Below, piece after piece: positions 27,955 through 38,443 of a stretch of 64,000 nt of DNA. Position 1 is the stretch's first letter. Every line of letters starts with the position of its first letter. Origin of the DNA: Actinomycetota bacterium. GTDB taxonomy: Bacteria > Actinomycetota > UBA4738 > HRBIN12. The notes below the pieces were generated by a model. The model had not been told where the DNA came from. It was given only the letters and a program-made list of their open reading frames with translations, and ran no database searches. A program made the position numbers and the translations under genes. The stretch lies in NCBI GenBank assembly GCA_039933515.1, contig JBDTNY010000129.1, positions 9,254 to 73,253 of the forward strand, given 5' to 3'.

Positions 27955-29523
27955 CTACGCGCGCGCGCCGACGTCGAGCCACAGGACCCCGAGGTCGGGA
28001 TCGGCGATCACGCTCTCGATCGTGCCGCCCGCCCGGTAGACGGGCGTGACTTCCTCGGTGAGGGGATCGATCCGGTAGACGGTGCCGTCATCGTCGCCCA
28101 CCCACACGGCGTCGAATCCCGCGACCATCGAGGTCGGTGCCGACCCCACCTGGACCGAGGTCGACGATCCCAGTGGGGTCACGGTGCCGGCGGACCGATC
28201 CAAGATCCAGAGGTCGCTGCCCGCGAATGCGATCTCGTCGACGCTCCCAGACTCGTGGATCGGCTGATCTGCCCGACCGGTCTCGGGATCGAACCGGACG
28301 ATCTCCCCGGCGTACGAATCGAACCCCCAGACGGCCCCGTCGCCCACGGCGAGCCCGTCGAGTTGACCGTCCGTGAGTTGCCACGCACGGGTGGCACCTG
28401 GGTCGCTCGGATCCACCCGGACGAGTCGCCCGTCGGTCATCGACACCCATACCGCGCCGTTGCCTACCACGAGATCCGACTCGTGCCCCCATTGTCCCGC
28501 GCCACCTGCGGCGATCCGATCCACGTAGTGGGTGAGCTCGTCGGTCGCAGGATTCGCCGTGACGACGCCGGATACCGTGGCCCACACCCGGTCGAATCCA
28601 GTGTCGATGTTGAGGTAGCCCGTGATGCCGAGGCTGATCGAGACCTGCTCCTCGTGCGCTGGATCGACGTGGACCAGGTTCGCGTTCCGCGGCAGCCACA
28701 CCCCTCCCTGGCCCGCGGCGCCGTCCCCTTGGCCGGGAGCCCCCGAGCTCTGTTGGACCTCGATCGGGATGACCCGTTGTGGCACGCCGGTCGTCGGGTC
28801 CAGGCCAACGAGCACGGCCCGTGGCGGCCCGTCCGCGGCCGGAGCACCGCCATCGTCGCGCGTGGCCAGGACGACCGCCCCCGCGACGAGCACGACGAGC
28901 GACGCGACGAGCACGACGAGCCACCGCGAGCGCCGGCGCGAGGCTCCCGCTTCTACGATCGCGTCGCGGCGCGCGCGGGCGGCGGCGTCGTCGGTCTCGG
29001 GAGACGTGACCGGATCATCGTCGATCCGCGTCACCCGATAGAGGTGAACATCCTCGTCCAGGCCCTTGAGGTGGTGCGTCCCCGCGTCCTCGAATCCGAT
29101 GCCGGCGCCCGCCAGCAACTCCTTCACCGACGACGACACCATGACGACGCCACCCGTCGACGCGCTCATGATCCGTGCGCCCGCGTGCACGGCGATCCCG
29201 CCGGGCTTGCTGTCGACGATCTCGACCTCGCCGAAGTTCACCCCGGCGCGGATCTCGATCCCGAGTTCGCGGATCTCACGCTGCGCGGCGGCCGCGCAAC
29301 GAACGGCGTCGGCCGGCACATCGAACGTCGCGAAGAATCCATCTCCCGCCGTGTCCTGTTCGTGTCCACCGAACAGCTTGAGATGAGCGCGAACGATCCG
29401 GTGGTGGCGGGCCAGGAGTCGGAGCCACCGCGTATCGCCCAGTTCGCTGGCCACGTCGGTCGACGACACGATGTCGGTGAACAGCACCGCGGCGAGCCGC
29501 CGGTCCCCGCCTCGCTTGCTCAT
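27955..29523 (-). CDS. class III adenylate/guanylate cyclase domain - TM - extracytoplasmic beta-propeller receptor
   Basis: The N-terminal CHD reads [13 protein letters not shown]...[10 protein letters not shown]...[10 protein letters not shown]. The TM is [20 protein letters not shown]. The C-terminus carries repeated G.VWV..D..G.V.R.DP blades. Confidence 0.85.
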   Translation of the reverse strand: MSKRGGDRRLAAVLFTDIVSSTDVASELGDTRWLRLLARHHRIVRAHLKLFGGHEQDTAGDGFFATFDVPADAVRCAAAAQREIRELGIEIRAGVNFGEVEIVDSKPGGIAVHAGARIMSASTGGVVMVSSSVKELLAGAGIGFEDAGTHHLKGLDEDVHLYRVTRIDDDPVTSPETDDAAARARRDAIVEAGASRRRSRWLVVLVASLVVLVAGAVVLATRDDGGAPAADGPPRAVLVGLDPTTGVPQRVIPIEVQQSSGAPGQGDGAAGQGGVWLPRNANLVHVDPAHEEQVSISLGITGYLNIDTGFDRVWATVSGVVTANPATDELTHYVDRIAAGGAGQWGHESDLVVGNGAVWVSMTDGRLVRVDPSDPGATRAWQLTDGQLDGLAVGDGAVWGFDSYAGEIVRFDPETGRADQPIHESGSVDEIAFAGSDLWILDRSAGTVTPLGSSTSVQVGSAPTSMVAGFDAVWVGDDDGTVYRIDPLTEEVTPVYRAGGTIESVIADPDLGVLWLDVGARA

Positions 29524-29572
29524 CGCGTCAGTCTGGGTTCAGCAAGGCGCGGGGGCAAGTGGCGATGCCGGA

Positions 29573-30157
29573 TCAGGCCGTGGGCAGGTACGCGGGCCGG
29601 GCGGCCTCGTACGCGGTGATCTTCTCCTCGTTCCGCAGGCTCAGGCCGATGTCGTCGAGACCTTCAAGCATGCGCCAGCGCGTGAACGGCTCCATGTCGA
29701 AGACCTCGTCGATGCCAGGCGCGCGGACCACGAGCCCGTCGAGGTCGACGACGATCCGTGTGGTCGGATCGTCGAGCACGGCGTCCATCAGCGCGCGGAC
29801 CGACTCCTCGCGGAGCTCGACGGGGAGCAGCCCGATCTTCGTGCAGTTGTTGCGGAAGATGTCGGCGAAGCTCGGGGCGATCACCGCCCTGAAGCCGGCG
29901 TCCTCGATCGCCCAGGGAGCGTGCTCACGGCTCGACCCGCACCCGAAGTTCGGCCCGGCGATCAAGACGGACGCTCCCGCGTAGCGCGGGTCGTTCATCA
30001 CGAACGAGGGATCCTTACGCCACTCGTCGAACAGGAACGGCCCGAAGCCGGAGCGTTCGACGCGCTTCAGGTACTGCGCGGGGATGATCTGGTCGGTGTC
30101 GACGTCGGACCGGTCAAGGGGCAGGGCCGTGCCCTCGATGATCGTGATCGGCTCCAT
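29573..30157 (-). CDS. leuD: 3-isopropylmalate dehydratase small subunit
   Basis: Sequence reads [31 protein letters not shown]...GPNFGCGSSREHAPWA. It is 194 aa, the internal part of track ORF 29573..31039. Confidence 0.95.
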   Translation of the reverse strand: MEPITIIEGTALPLDRSDVDTDQIIPAQYLKRVERSGFGPFLFDEWRKDPSFVMNDPRYAGASVLIAGPNFGCGSSREHAPWAIEDAGFRAVIAPSFADIFRNNCTKIGLLPVELREESVRALMDAVLDDPTTRIVVDLDGLVVRAPGIDEVFDMEPFTRWRMLEGLDDIGLSLRNEEKITAYEAARPAYLPTA

Positions 30158-31563
30158 CAGCTCAGGTCCCCTCGCAGGTCTTCTGGGGTCGCGAAGTGGC
30201 CGGCGATCGCGGTGGCTGCCGCCACCGCCGGGCTGACAAGATGGGTGCGTCCACCCTTGCCCTGACGTCCTTCGAAGTTGCGGTTGCTCGTCGAGGCGCT
30301 GCGCTCGCCCGGCGCCAGGATGTCGGGGTTCATGCCCAGGCACATCGAGCAGCCCGCGCCGCGCCATTCGAAGCCCGCCGCCTCGAACACCTTGTCGAGC
30401 CCCTCCTTCTCGGCCTGGATCTTCACCGCGACCGAGCCGGGGACGACCAGTCCGCGGATCCCGTCGGCCACCCGCCGGCCGTCGACCACCTTCGCGGCGA
30501 CGTGCAGGTCCTCCATCCGGGAATTCGTGCACGAGCCGATGAAGACCGTGTTCGGGCGTACCTCCCGGATCGGCGTACCGGGGGCGAGGTCCATGTACGC
30601 CAGCGCCCGCGCGGCGGCCTCGCGCTTTCCCGGATCGTCGAACGCGTCGGGGTCGGGTACCGCGTCGTCGATCGTGACCGACTGCGCCGGGTTGGTGCCC
30701 CAGCTCACGTACGGCTTCAGCGCGCCGGCGTCGAGCGTGACCTCGGCGTCGAACGCCGCGCCTTCGTCGGTGGGAAGCGACCGCCAGTCCTCGAGCGCGG
30801 ACTCCCAGTCGGCGCCCGTCGGGGCATGCGGCCTGCCTTCCACGTAGGCGAATGTCGTGTCGTCGGGCGCGACCACGCCGGCGCGCGCCCCGCCCTCGAT
30901 CGACATGTTGCAGATCGTCATGCGGCCCTCCATCGAGAGCGCGCGGATCGCGGAGCCCCGGTACTCGATCACGTGTCCGACGCCGCCGCCGGTCCCGATC
31001 CGGTTGATGATCGCGAGGATGATGTCCTTGGCGCTGCACCCGAGCGGCAGCCCGCCGTCGACGGTGACCGCCATCGTCTTCGCCTTCGTCTGCGGGAGGG
31101 TCTGGGTGGCGAGCACGTGCTCAACCTCACTGGTGCCGATCCCGAAGGCGAGCGCCCCGAACGCGCCGTGGGTCGAGGTATGGGAGTCGCCACAGACGAT
31201 CGTCATTCCGGGCTGCGTGTAGCCCATCTCCGGGCCGATCACGTGCACGATCCCCTGCCCCGCCGAGCCCCACGGGTAGAGCGTGACGCCGAACTCATCG
31301 GCGTTGGTTCGGAGCGCCTCCATCTGGCGAGCGCTGACTTCGTCGGTCACTGGGCCGTCGGTGGTGGGCACGTTGTGATCCATCGTCGCGACCGTGAGGT
31401 CGGGCCGCCGGACGGGACGACCGTGCAGCCGAAGACCGTCGAACGCTTGCGGGCTCGTCACCTCGTGCACCAGGTGGAGGTCGACGTAGAGCAGGTCGGG
31501 CTCGCCGTCGGCGCGATGCACGACGTGGCGTTCCCAGACCTTCTCGGCGAGCGTCTGCGGCAT
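30157..31563 (-). CDS. leuC: 3-isopropylmalate dehydratase large subunit
   Basis: Sequence reads [13 protein letters not shown]...[14 protein letters not shown]...GSCTNSR...[16 protein letters not shown] lies upstream, and the stop overlaps the leuD ATG by 1 nt. Confidence 0.95.
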   Translation of the reverse strand: MPQTLAEKVWERHVVHRADGEPDLLYVDLHLVHEVTSPQAFDGLRLHGRPVRRPDLTVATMDHNVPTTDGPVTDEVSARQMEALRTNADEFGVTLYPWGSAGQGIVHVIGPEMGYTQPGMTIVCGDSHTSTHGAFGALAFGIGTSEVEHVLATQTLPQTKAKTMAVTVDGGLPLGCSAKDIILAIINRIGTGGGVGHVIEYRGSAIRALSMEGRMTICNMSIEGGARAGVVAPDDTTFAYVEGRPHAPTGADWESALEDWRSLPTDEGAAFDAEVTLDAGALKPYVSWGTNPAQSVTIDDAVPDPDAFDDPGKREAAARALAYMDLAPGTPIREVRPNTVFIGSCTNSRMEDLHVAAKVVDGRRVADGIRGLVVPGSVAVKIQAEKEGLDKVFEAAGFEWRGAGCSMCLGMNPDILAPGERSASTSNRNFEGRQGKGGRTHLVSPAVAAATAIAGHFATPEDLRGDLS

Positions 31564-31602
31564 CGTGCCTTCTCCTTCCGAGCTCTCTGGCATCCGGCGG
31601 TT

Positions 31603-31640
31603 GTCCCGTATAGTGGAACTGTGGTACCGATATACGGGAC
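31603..31640. promoter_or_regulatory. 10-bp perfect inverted repeat GTCCCGTATA-N18-TATACGGGAC in the leuC/iclR divergent intergenic region; putative IclR operator over -10 boxes
   Basis: Seen directly. The right arm ends at the base before the IclR ATG. TATAGT (plus strand) and TATACG (minus strand) hexamers lie inside the arms. Confidence 0.55.
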
Positions 31641-32417
31641 ATGACCGTACCAGACGTCCCTGGAGGCGCGCCACCTCCCCTCGATACCGGGGTCGGCGTG
31701 CTCGACCGTTCCGTGGCGATCCTCGACGCCGTCGACCGTGGCGCCCGAACCCTGGCCGAGGTGGTGGCGGCGACGGGCCTGTCGCGGACCACGGCACACC
31801 GGCTGCTGCAGGCCATGGAGCGCCACGCGCTGCTGGGCCACGATCGTGGGACGGGCTATCGGCTCGGCGCGCATCTCGCCAGGCTCTCTACCGGCTCGCT
31901 CCGCTCGATGCCCTGGCGCAAGCTCGCGCGTGGTTCCCTCACTCGGCTCGCGGCGGTCACCGGCGAGAGCGCACAGCTTTACGTGCGCGAGGGTGACGTC
32001 CGTGTCTGCGTGGAGGCGGTGGAGTCCACGAACGAGCTCCGCACGATCGTGCCGGTCGGTGCCCGGCTGCCCCTGACGGCCGGCTCCGCCGGCAAGGTCT
32101 TCCTGGCGTGGGCGTCGCCCGCCGACCGCGAACGCTTGGTCGACGGCGCGCCCGCCGTGACGCGCCGAACCCCCACGGGGGGCACGCTCATGCGAGACCT
32201 CGCGACCGTGCGGCGGCGCGGCTGGGCCTCGAGCGCCGGCGAACGGGAGGACGGCGTTGGCTCGGTGAGCGCGCCCGCGCTCGCGCCGGACGGCGAGCCG
32301 CTTGCGGTGGTATCGATCTCCGGACCGATCTCCCGCGTGGGCGGGGCTGCCGCGGGGCCGCAGCTGCTCGCGGTCCGGGCCGCCGCCCGGGAGATCGAGG
32401 CCGCCGTGCGCGCCTGA
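31641..32417 (+). CDS. IclR family transcriptional regulator (LtbR-like position, divergent from leuCD)
   Basis: The wHTH reads [37 protein letters not shown]. The IclR effector domain reads ...VGSVSAPAL...AVVSISGP. Confidence 0.88.
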   Translation: MTVPDVPGGAPPPLDTGVGVLDRSVAILDAVDRGARTLAEVVAATGLSRTTAHRLLQAMERHALLGHDRGTGYRLGAHLARLSTGSLRSMPWRKLARGSLTRLAAVTGESAQLYVREGDVRVCVEAVESTNELRTIVPVGARLPLTAGSAGKVFLAWASPADRERLVDGAPAVTRRTPTGGTLMRDLATVRRRGWASSAGEREDGVGSVSAPALAPDGEPLAVVSISGPISRVGGAAAGPQLLAVRAAAREIEAAVRA

Positions 32418-32465
32418 TCGGGGCGGGTATACGTCCGAACCCCCGCTGCCGTATCCTCGAACGGC

Positions 32466-34109
32466 ATGCCCCTGGATAAGCCCCTGGACGCGGTGCACCG
32501 CACCGTCGACACATGGTTGACCCCGCGACGAGCGCTCCTTGCCTCGGTCGTGTCGGTCGTCGTGGTGTCGTTGATCGCGGCGACCCCTGGCTCCCCGTAC
32601 CACCCTGTGCTGCCGGAGGAAGCGGGGCCGGGACCCTTGGGGCTCCTGGCGCGGCTCCTGTGGATCAACCGTCTGCCGCACGGCATCCTGATCGCCCTCG
32701 GGTTCGTGGCGATGATGGCCGCGGGTGTGGCCTTCCTGCTGGTGCTGTACGCGTGCGAGCGAGGCATGATCCCGGTCCGCACCGTGGTGACGCTGACGAT
32801 CGCGTACTCGGCGGCCGTGCTCCTGCTCCCGTTGCTGCTGTCGCGCGATGTCTTCAGCTATACGTACTACGGCCGGCTCGTCACCCAGTACCACCAGAAC
32901 CCCTACGTCACGACGCCCGCCGACATCCCCACTTCAGATGTCGCCCGGTATCTGTGGCCAGGATGGCGAGACACACCTTCGGTCTACGGCCCGGTGTTCG
33001 TCTGGCTCGCCGCCGCGATCACCGGCATGATCCATTCGTTGTCGCAGACGATCTTCGCGTTCCGTGCGCTGGCGCTCGCCGCCACCCTCGGATCGGTGTG
33101 GTTCGTCTACCGCCTGATGCGGCACGTGCGTCCGGACAAGACCGCCTACGGCGTCGCCTTCATCGGGCTCAATCCCGTCGTGCTGTTCCATACCGCAGGC
33201 GGAGGACACGTCGACGCGCTCGTGATGCTCTCGATCGCCGCGGCGATCTACTTCGTCGCCACGGATCGGCCGTATCCCGCTACTGCGATGCTGACCTTCG
33301 GCGCCCTCGTGAAGGTGTCGGCCGCAGTCCCCTTGCTGCTGCTGATCATCTATGTAGCGGCGCGCGCCGACCCCGAGCGCCGCGCGCGAACCCTGGCCGG
33401 CCACATCGGGCTCGCCGCGGTCGTGTCGGCGTTCGCGGCGCTGCCGTTCATGCAGTCGACGAACCCGACCCTCGGGATGGTCCAGATCGTGCAGCACGCG
33501 TCGTGGATCGCTCCCCCCGAACTGCTGGAGCGGATATTGGAGGCGGGCGGGAAGCTCGTGGCCGGCCCCACCGGGGGCCAGGTGGGGATCGTCGTGGCTC
33601 GGTTGGGGATGTATGCCGCGTTGCTCACGGGCGTCTTCCTGGTAGCCCGGCAGGTCTCACGCAAGGCCTCGGGCCAAGGCGTCGAGTACCTCGCGGGCAG
33701 TTGGGGCTGGGCGCTCCTGGTCATGATGCTCTTTTCACCCAGCCTGTTCCCTTGGTACTTCACCTGGGTGCTCCCGGTGGCGTGGGCGCTCCCGAAGGTA
33801 CCGCGGCGCACCCTCGAGATCGCGTTCCTGGCGTTGTGCACCTCGCAGCTCACCACCGAGAACTTCCAGCTGCCGGACTGGATGCACGTCGATCTCGCGA
33901 TCGGCCACCCGCTGCTGGTCGTGCTGCTCGTCTGGTTCCTTCGCGACCTCTGGCTGCGGTTGCGGTACGACGTTCCGTTGCACGCCGAGGTGGACGTCGC
34001 CACGGTCGCGCGATCGCGGCACGCGTTGGTCTCGGCCGATCCGGTCGTGATCGTCCCGGAGGCCGAGACCGCAGCCGACGGGGCGCCCGAGGATCCGGTC
34101 CTCCCGTGA
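32466..34109 (+). CDS. polytopic membrane glycosyltransferase (GT-C fold, DUF2029/mannosyltransferase-like)
   Basis: The 547-aa protein has more than 10 TM segments. A loop motif SRDVFSYTYYGRL follows the early TMs, as in lipid-linked-sugar glycosyltransferases of Actinomycetota. Confidence 0.6.
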   Translation: MPLDKPLDAVHRTVDTWLTPRRALLASVVSVVVVSLIAATPGSPYHPVLPEEAGPGPLGLLARLLWINRLPHGILIALGFVAMMAAGVAFLLVLYACERGMIPVRTVVTLTIAYSAAVLLLPLLLSRDVFSYTYYGRLVTQYHQNPYVTTPADIPTSDVARYLWPGWRDTPSVYGPVFVWLAAAITGMIHSLSQTIFAFRALALAATLGSVWFVYRLMRHVRPDKTAYGVAFIGLNPVVLFHTAGGGHVDALVMLSIAAAIYFVATDRPYPATAMLTFGALVKVSAAVPLLLLIIYVAARADPERRARTLAGHIGLAAVVSAFAALPFMQSTNPTLGMVQIVQHASWIAPPELLERILEAGGKLVAGPTGGQVGIVVARLGMYAALLTGVFLVARQVSRKASGQGVEYLAGSWGWALLVMMLFSPSLFPWYFTWVLPVAWALPKVPRRTLEIAFLALCTSQLTTENFQLPDWMHVDLAIGHPLLVVLLVWFLRDLWLRLRYDVPLHAEVDVATVARSRHALVSADPVVIVPEAETAADGAPEDPVLP

Positions 34110-34119
34110 GCGTCCGGCC

Positions 34120-34647
34120 ATGAAGACCGGTAAGGCGATCGCGACGCTGCGGGCGATCAGGACCTTCAAGCGCACGCCCGTGGAACCCAAGCGCCTCGCG
34201 AAGATCCTGGAAGCCGGGCGGCGAGCGCCGAGCTCGAAGAACGAACAGCGTTGGGCGTTCATCGTGGTGCGCGAGCCCGACCGGCTGGCGGCGCTTGCTG
34301 GGGTCGGCGACTACGCCGGCCATCTCGCGAAGGCACCGGTCGCGATCGCGTTCGTGACGCCCGACAGCTCGATCGATTGGGAGCGCGAGTCGATCGCGTT
34401 CGATCTGGGCCAGTGCGTGCAGTCGATGTTGCTCGCCGCGTGGGAGATGGGGATCGGCGGGTGCCACGCCGCGGTGTACGACGAGGCGGCTGCCCGGCGC
34501 ATCCTCGGCCTGCCCGACGGGATGCGCTGCGACTACCTGATCTCGCTCGGGTATCCCAAGACGCCGGTCCCGACCGATCGCCCCACAGCCAAGGTCGATC
34601 GACATCCGGTGTCGGCCCTGCGACACGACGAGACCTGGACCGGGTAG
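34120..34647 (+). CDS. nitroreductase family protein
   Basis: Sequence reads IRTFKRTPVEPKRLAKILEAGRRAPSSKNEQRWAFIVV...LGYP. Confidence 0.85.
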   Translation: MKTGKAIATLRAIRTFKRTPVEPKRLAKILEAGRRAPSSKNEQRWAFIVVREPDRLAALAGVGDYAGHLAKAPVAIAFVTPDSSIDWERESIAFDLGQCVQSMLLAAWEMGIGGCHAAVYDEAAARRILGLPDGMRCDYLISLGYPKTPVPTDRPTAKVDRHPVSALRHDETWTG

Positions 34648-34651
34648 CGCG

Positions 34652-35626
34652 CTACCAGGCGTAGGCCTCGGGCGCCGTGCCGCCTGGCCCGGGGAAGATC
34701 TCGTCCAGCTTGCCGAGCGCCTCGTCCGAGAGCTTGATCTCGAGGGCGCGCATGCACCCGAGCAGTTGCTCCTCGGTCCGGGGTCCGATGATCGGCGCTG
34801 TGACCGCGGGCTGGTGCAGGAGCCACGCCAGCGCGACGTCAGCCGGGCGCTCGCCCATCTCATCGCAGAGGGCTTCCCAGCGGGTGAGCTGCTCCCGGTG
34901 CGCCTCGATCTCGCCGGTCATGTACTCCTGGCCGCGGCGCCAACCCTGCTCGACCTTCTGCAACGCGCCGGCGAGGAGGCCGCCCGAAAGCGGGCTCCAC
35001 GGGATCAGCCCCATCCCGTACTCCTGGATCGCAGGGATCACCTCGAGCTCGATCGTGCGGGCGGTCAGGTTGTAGAGCGACTGCTCGGACGCGAGCCCGA
35101 GCGAGTGCCGCCAGTTCGCGATCTCGTTCGCGCGCGCGATGTGCCAGCCCGCGAAGTTCGACGAGCCCACGTACAACACCTTGCCCTCGCGCTTGAGCTG
35201 CTCGAAGGCTTCCCAGATCTCGTCCCACCAGGCGTCGCGGTCGATGTGATGCATCTGATACAGGTCGATGTGGTCCGTGCGCAGACGCTTGAGTGATGCC
35301 TCGCACGCTTTGCGGATCGCGAGCTTGGACAGGCGGGCCTCGTTCGGCCACTCGCCCATCGTGCCGTAGACCTTGGTGGCCAGCACCACCTTGTCGCGCC
35401 GCCCACTCCCCTTGGCGAACCACCGCCCGATGATGTCCTCGGTGGCGCCCACCCCGAGATGGCGGCCGTAGACGTTCGCGGTGTCGAAGAAGTTGATCCC
35501 GTGCGAGAGCGCCGAGTCCATCAGGGTGTGCGACTCGCCCTCGTCGGTGTGCGGCCCGAAGTTCATCGTGCCCAGGCAGAGACGGCTGACGACGAGGCCC
35601 AGGTGGCCGACGTGGGTGTACTCCAT
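34652..35626 (-). CDS. aldo/keto reductase
   Basis: Sequence reads LGTMNFG...GINFFDTANVYG...DLYQMHHID...GSSNFAGW. Confidence 0.9.
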   Translation of the reverse strand: MEYTHVGHLGLVVSRLCLGTMNFGPHTDEGESHTLMDSALSHGINFFDTANVYGRHLGVGATEDIIGRWFAKGSGRRDKVVLATKVYGTMGEWPNEARLSKLAIRKACEASLKRLRTDHIDLYQMHHIDRDAWWDEIWEAFEQLKREGKVLYVGSSNFAGWHIARANEIANWRHSLGLASEQSLYNLTARTIELEVIPAIQEYGMGLIPWSPLSGGLLAGALQKVEQGWRRGQEYMTGEIEAHREQLTRWEALCDEMGERPADVALAWLLHQPAVTAPIIGPRTEEQLLGCMRALEIKLSDEALGKLDEIFPGPGGTAPEAYAW

Positions 35627-35637
35627 AAGCAGGGATT

Positions 35638-36984
35638 CTACGTCGGCGGAGGTGAACGCTCGCCCAACGCGGGCGAACCGGCGCCAGGTACCTCGTCGAG
35701 CGATCCGTCACGCTCGGGGTCGCGGGCGCCCGGCAGGAACATCAGTAGCACCGTGATCGTGCCACCGAGGATCCCGGCGCCGATCAGGGTCATGTCGGCC
35801 CCGAACCTGTCGGCGAGCGGTCCGACGAGGGCGAACGAGATCGGGAGTCCGGCGATCGTGATCATCCAATCCAGGCTCGACACGCGCCCCAGGAGCTCCT
35901 TGGGGACCAGGCGCTGCAGCAACGTGAGCCAGATCACAACCAGCACCGCGATCGAGGCCTCGGCCACGAAGGCGACGATCATCGCCTGCCAGACCGCACC
36001 GACGAACCCGAAGAAGCTCGTCATGAACATCCCGAGCGCCCACGAGACGTAGAGGAGCGTGATCGGCCGGCGCGGAAGGCGTGCGCGCTGGCCCAGGTAG
36101 AGCCCCGCCGCGACGGCGCCGACGCCCCCTGCGCCGTACACGAGACCGAGCGCGATGCCCTCCTTCGAGTGGTCGGTCACGAGGTCGTTCTTCACGATGA
36201 ACGGGACGAGCGTCTCCCAGGGTCCCCACACCGCGAGGAGGCTGAGCGTCGCCCCGAACATCCCGACCAGCAGCCAGCGCTGGCTCGCGACGTAGCCGAG
36301 CCCTTCCTTCACCTCGCGCCACAGCGACGCGTCGGGCTCGCGGTCGGCCGGATCGGGCGCGGTGCGGGCGTGGATCCGCAGGATCATGAAGGCCGACCAG
36401 AGGAACGTGCCGCCGTCGGCCACGAATGCCCAGCCGGGACCGGCGGTGCCAGTGATGAGGCCGCCGATCAGCGGGCCGATCAACATCATCGAGGCCGGGC
36501 GGACGATCTGCCCGAGCGCATTCGCTTCCATGAGGACGTCCGCGGGCACGATCGACGGCACGATCGCCGAGAACGACGGGCCGAAGAGCGCCTGCCCGGC
36601 TCCATAGACCACCACGAGCCCGATCAGGACCGGCACGGTTAGCGCTCCCGTGATCGAGAGCGCGCCGATCGTGCTCACGGCGGAGAGGCGGATCAGGTCT
36701 CCGGCGATCATCAGGTGGCGGCGGTCGAGCCGGTCGGAGAGGGCGCCGCTCGCGAGGAGCAGCACGAACTGCGGGACCGACCACGCGATGCCGACCATCG
36801 CGAGCGTGCCCGCGCGGTTGTCGAGCTCGAGCACCTGCAGCGCCATCGCGACGATGTAGATCCCGTCGCCGATCAAGGAGACCGTCGTCCCGATCCACAG
36901 GCGGCGGAAGTCGGGGAACCGCAGCGGGCGGAGCGCGCCGACGCGGTCGACGAGGGCGCTGAGAACCACGGGGGGCTCGGTCAC
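35638..36984 (-). CDS. MFS transporter
   Basis: The 448-aa protein has about 12 TM segments, N-terminal FRRLWIGTTVSLIGDG and the loop motif LSDRLDRR. Confidence 0.85.
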   Translation of the reverse strand: MTEPPVVLSALVDRVGALRPLRFPDFRRLWIGTTVSLIGDGIYIVAMALQVLELDNRAGTLAMVGIAWSVPQFVLLLASGALSDRLDRRHLMIAGDLIRLSAVSTIGALSITGALTVPVLIGLVVVYGAGQALFGPSFSAIVPSIVPADVLMEANALGQIVRPASMMLIGPLIGGLITGTAGPGWAFVADGGTFLWSAFMILRIHARTAPDPADREPDASLWREVKEGLGYVASQRWLLVGMFGATLSLLAVWGPWETLVPFIVKNDLVTDHSKEGIALGLVYGAGGVGAVAAGLYLGQRARLPRRPITLLYVSWALGMFMTSFFGFVGAVWQAMIVAFVAEASIAVLVVIWLTLLQRLVPKELLGRVSSLDWMITIAGLPISFALVGPLADRFGADMTLIGAGILGGTITVLLMFLPGARDPERDGSLDEVPGAGSPALGERSPPPT

Positions 36985-37041
36985 CCGCCGAGGATAGGTG
37001 CCAGTGCCACCGTGGCGCGAACACCGAGGGTCACGTCCCGA

Positions 37042-38412
37042 TCACGCGCGGGTCACGATCCGTCCGTCGGCCATCGACACGATCCGGTCGAGCGTCGGCG
37101 CGAGCTCACGGTCGTGGGTGGCGATAAGGCAGGTGGTGCCGGTCGTCGTCGCATCGCGCATCACGTCGACCATCCGCGCGGCCCACCCCGCATCCTGGTG
37201 CGCGGTGGGTTCGTCGGCGATCAGGACACGCGGGGCGAGCGCCAAGGCCCGCGCGAGCGCGGTGCGCTGCTGTTCCCCGAGAGAGGTCTCCTTCGGATAG
37301 CGCCTCCGGAGGTCGGCGAGGCCGAGGCGCTCGATCAGGTCGCCGGCGAGCCCGGCCATCTCCGCGAGCGTCCCGGCGAGGCGTGCCGGGTACCGGACGT
37401 TCTCCTCGACCGAGAACTCGTCCATCAGGCCGAGGCGCTGCGGCACGACCGCGAGGTCCGACCACGAAGGTGCCGTCCCGCCCGGGACGTCCACGGCCCC
37501 GGCGTCGGGCATCTCCCAGCCGGCCACGAGGTTGAGCAGGGTGGTCTTCCCGGAGCCGGAACGGCCGACGAGCCCGACCATCTCTCCCGACCTGAGCTCG
37601 AGGGTCACCTCGCGTACCGCGTGCACGACCTCGTCGCCATGGGGGAAGGACCTCGACACGGCATCGAGGCCGACCACGAGCTCGCGTACCTCGCTCTCGA
37701 GCCAGGCGGGTGTGTCGTGGCCGGGCCATCGGATCGGCGACATGGGGGCGAGATCGGCGGGGTGCTCATCGGGGTGGGAGCCCTTCACGCGGCCGTGCTC
37801 GAGCTCGAGCCGTCCGTGCGCGATCGCCATCACGTCGGGGTCGTGGGTGCCGATCACGAATCCGATCCCGCGGTCCGACAGCGTCCGGATCCGCTCGAGG
37901 ACACCCCCGGCCGAGATCGAGTCGAGCTCGGCGGTGGGCTCGTCGGCGATCACGAGCCTGGCCCCGGTCGCGAGCGCCTGGGCGAATGCCGCGCGCTGCT
38001 GTTCCCCGCCGGAAAGCTCGTCGGGCAGGTGGTCGCCACGGCCGCCGATCCCCAGCGCATCGAGCAGCTCGGCGCCATCGACGCCCGTCGCGCCCCCGCG
38101 AGAGGCCAGGTCCAGGTGCTCGCCGACGGTGAGGTGGTCGATGAAGTTGTCGGAGGGACGCTGGTACACGTACGCGACCGGGCCGTGACGCAGGCGTCGC
38201 CGCTCGCGTGCGGACGCACGTCCGATCTCATGGCCCTGTACCGTGATCCGGCCGGCCGTGGGCACGTCGAGTCCGGCGATCAATCGCAGCAGCGAAGACT
38301 TCCCGCTGCCGGAAGGGCCGACGAGCGCGGTGACGACACCTGCGGGGATCGACGCCGTCACGTCTTGGAGCGCCCGAACCTCGCCGCTCGGCGAGCGATA
38401 GATCCGATCCAT
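37042..38412 (-). CDS. ABC transporter ATP-binding protein with two fused NBDs
   Basis: NBD1 has GPSGSGKSS, LSGGEQQR, VIADEPTAELD and GTHD. NBD2 has GRSGSGKTT, a degenerate signature SLGEQQR, LIADEPTAHQD and ATHD. It is a single 456-aa ORF. Confidence 0.88.
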   Translation of the reverse strand: MDRIYRSPSGEVRALQDVTASIPAGVVTALVGPSGSGKSSLLRLIAGLDVPTAGRITVQGHEIGRASARERRRLRHGPVAYVYQRPSDNFIDHLTVGEHLDLASRGGATGVDGAELLDALGIGGRGDHLPDELSGGEQQRAAFAQALATGARLVIADEPTAELDSISAGGVLERIRTLSDRGIGFVIGTHDPDVMAIAHGRLELEHGRVKGSHPDEHPADLAPMSPIRWPGHDTPAWLESEVRELVVGLDAVSRSFPHGDEVVHAVREVTLELRSGEMVGLVGRSGSGKTTLLNLVAGWEMPDAGAVDVPGGTAPSWSDLAVVPQRLGLMDEFSVEENVRYPARLAGTLAEMAGLAGDLIERLGLADLRRRYPKETSLGEQQRTALARALALAPRVLIADEPTAHQDAGWAARMVDVMRDATTTGTTCLIATHDRELAPTLDRIVSMADGRIVTRA

Positions 38413-38443
38413 GTGCTCGAGCCGGACCGCGTCAGCGGGTGTG

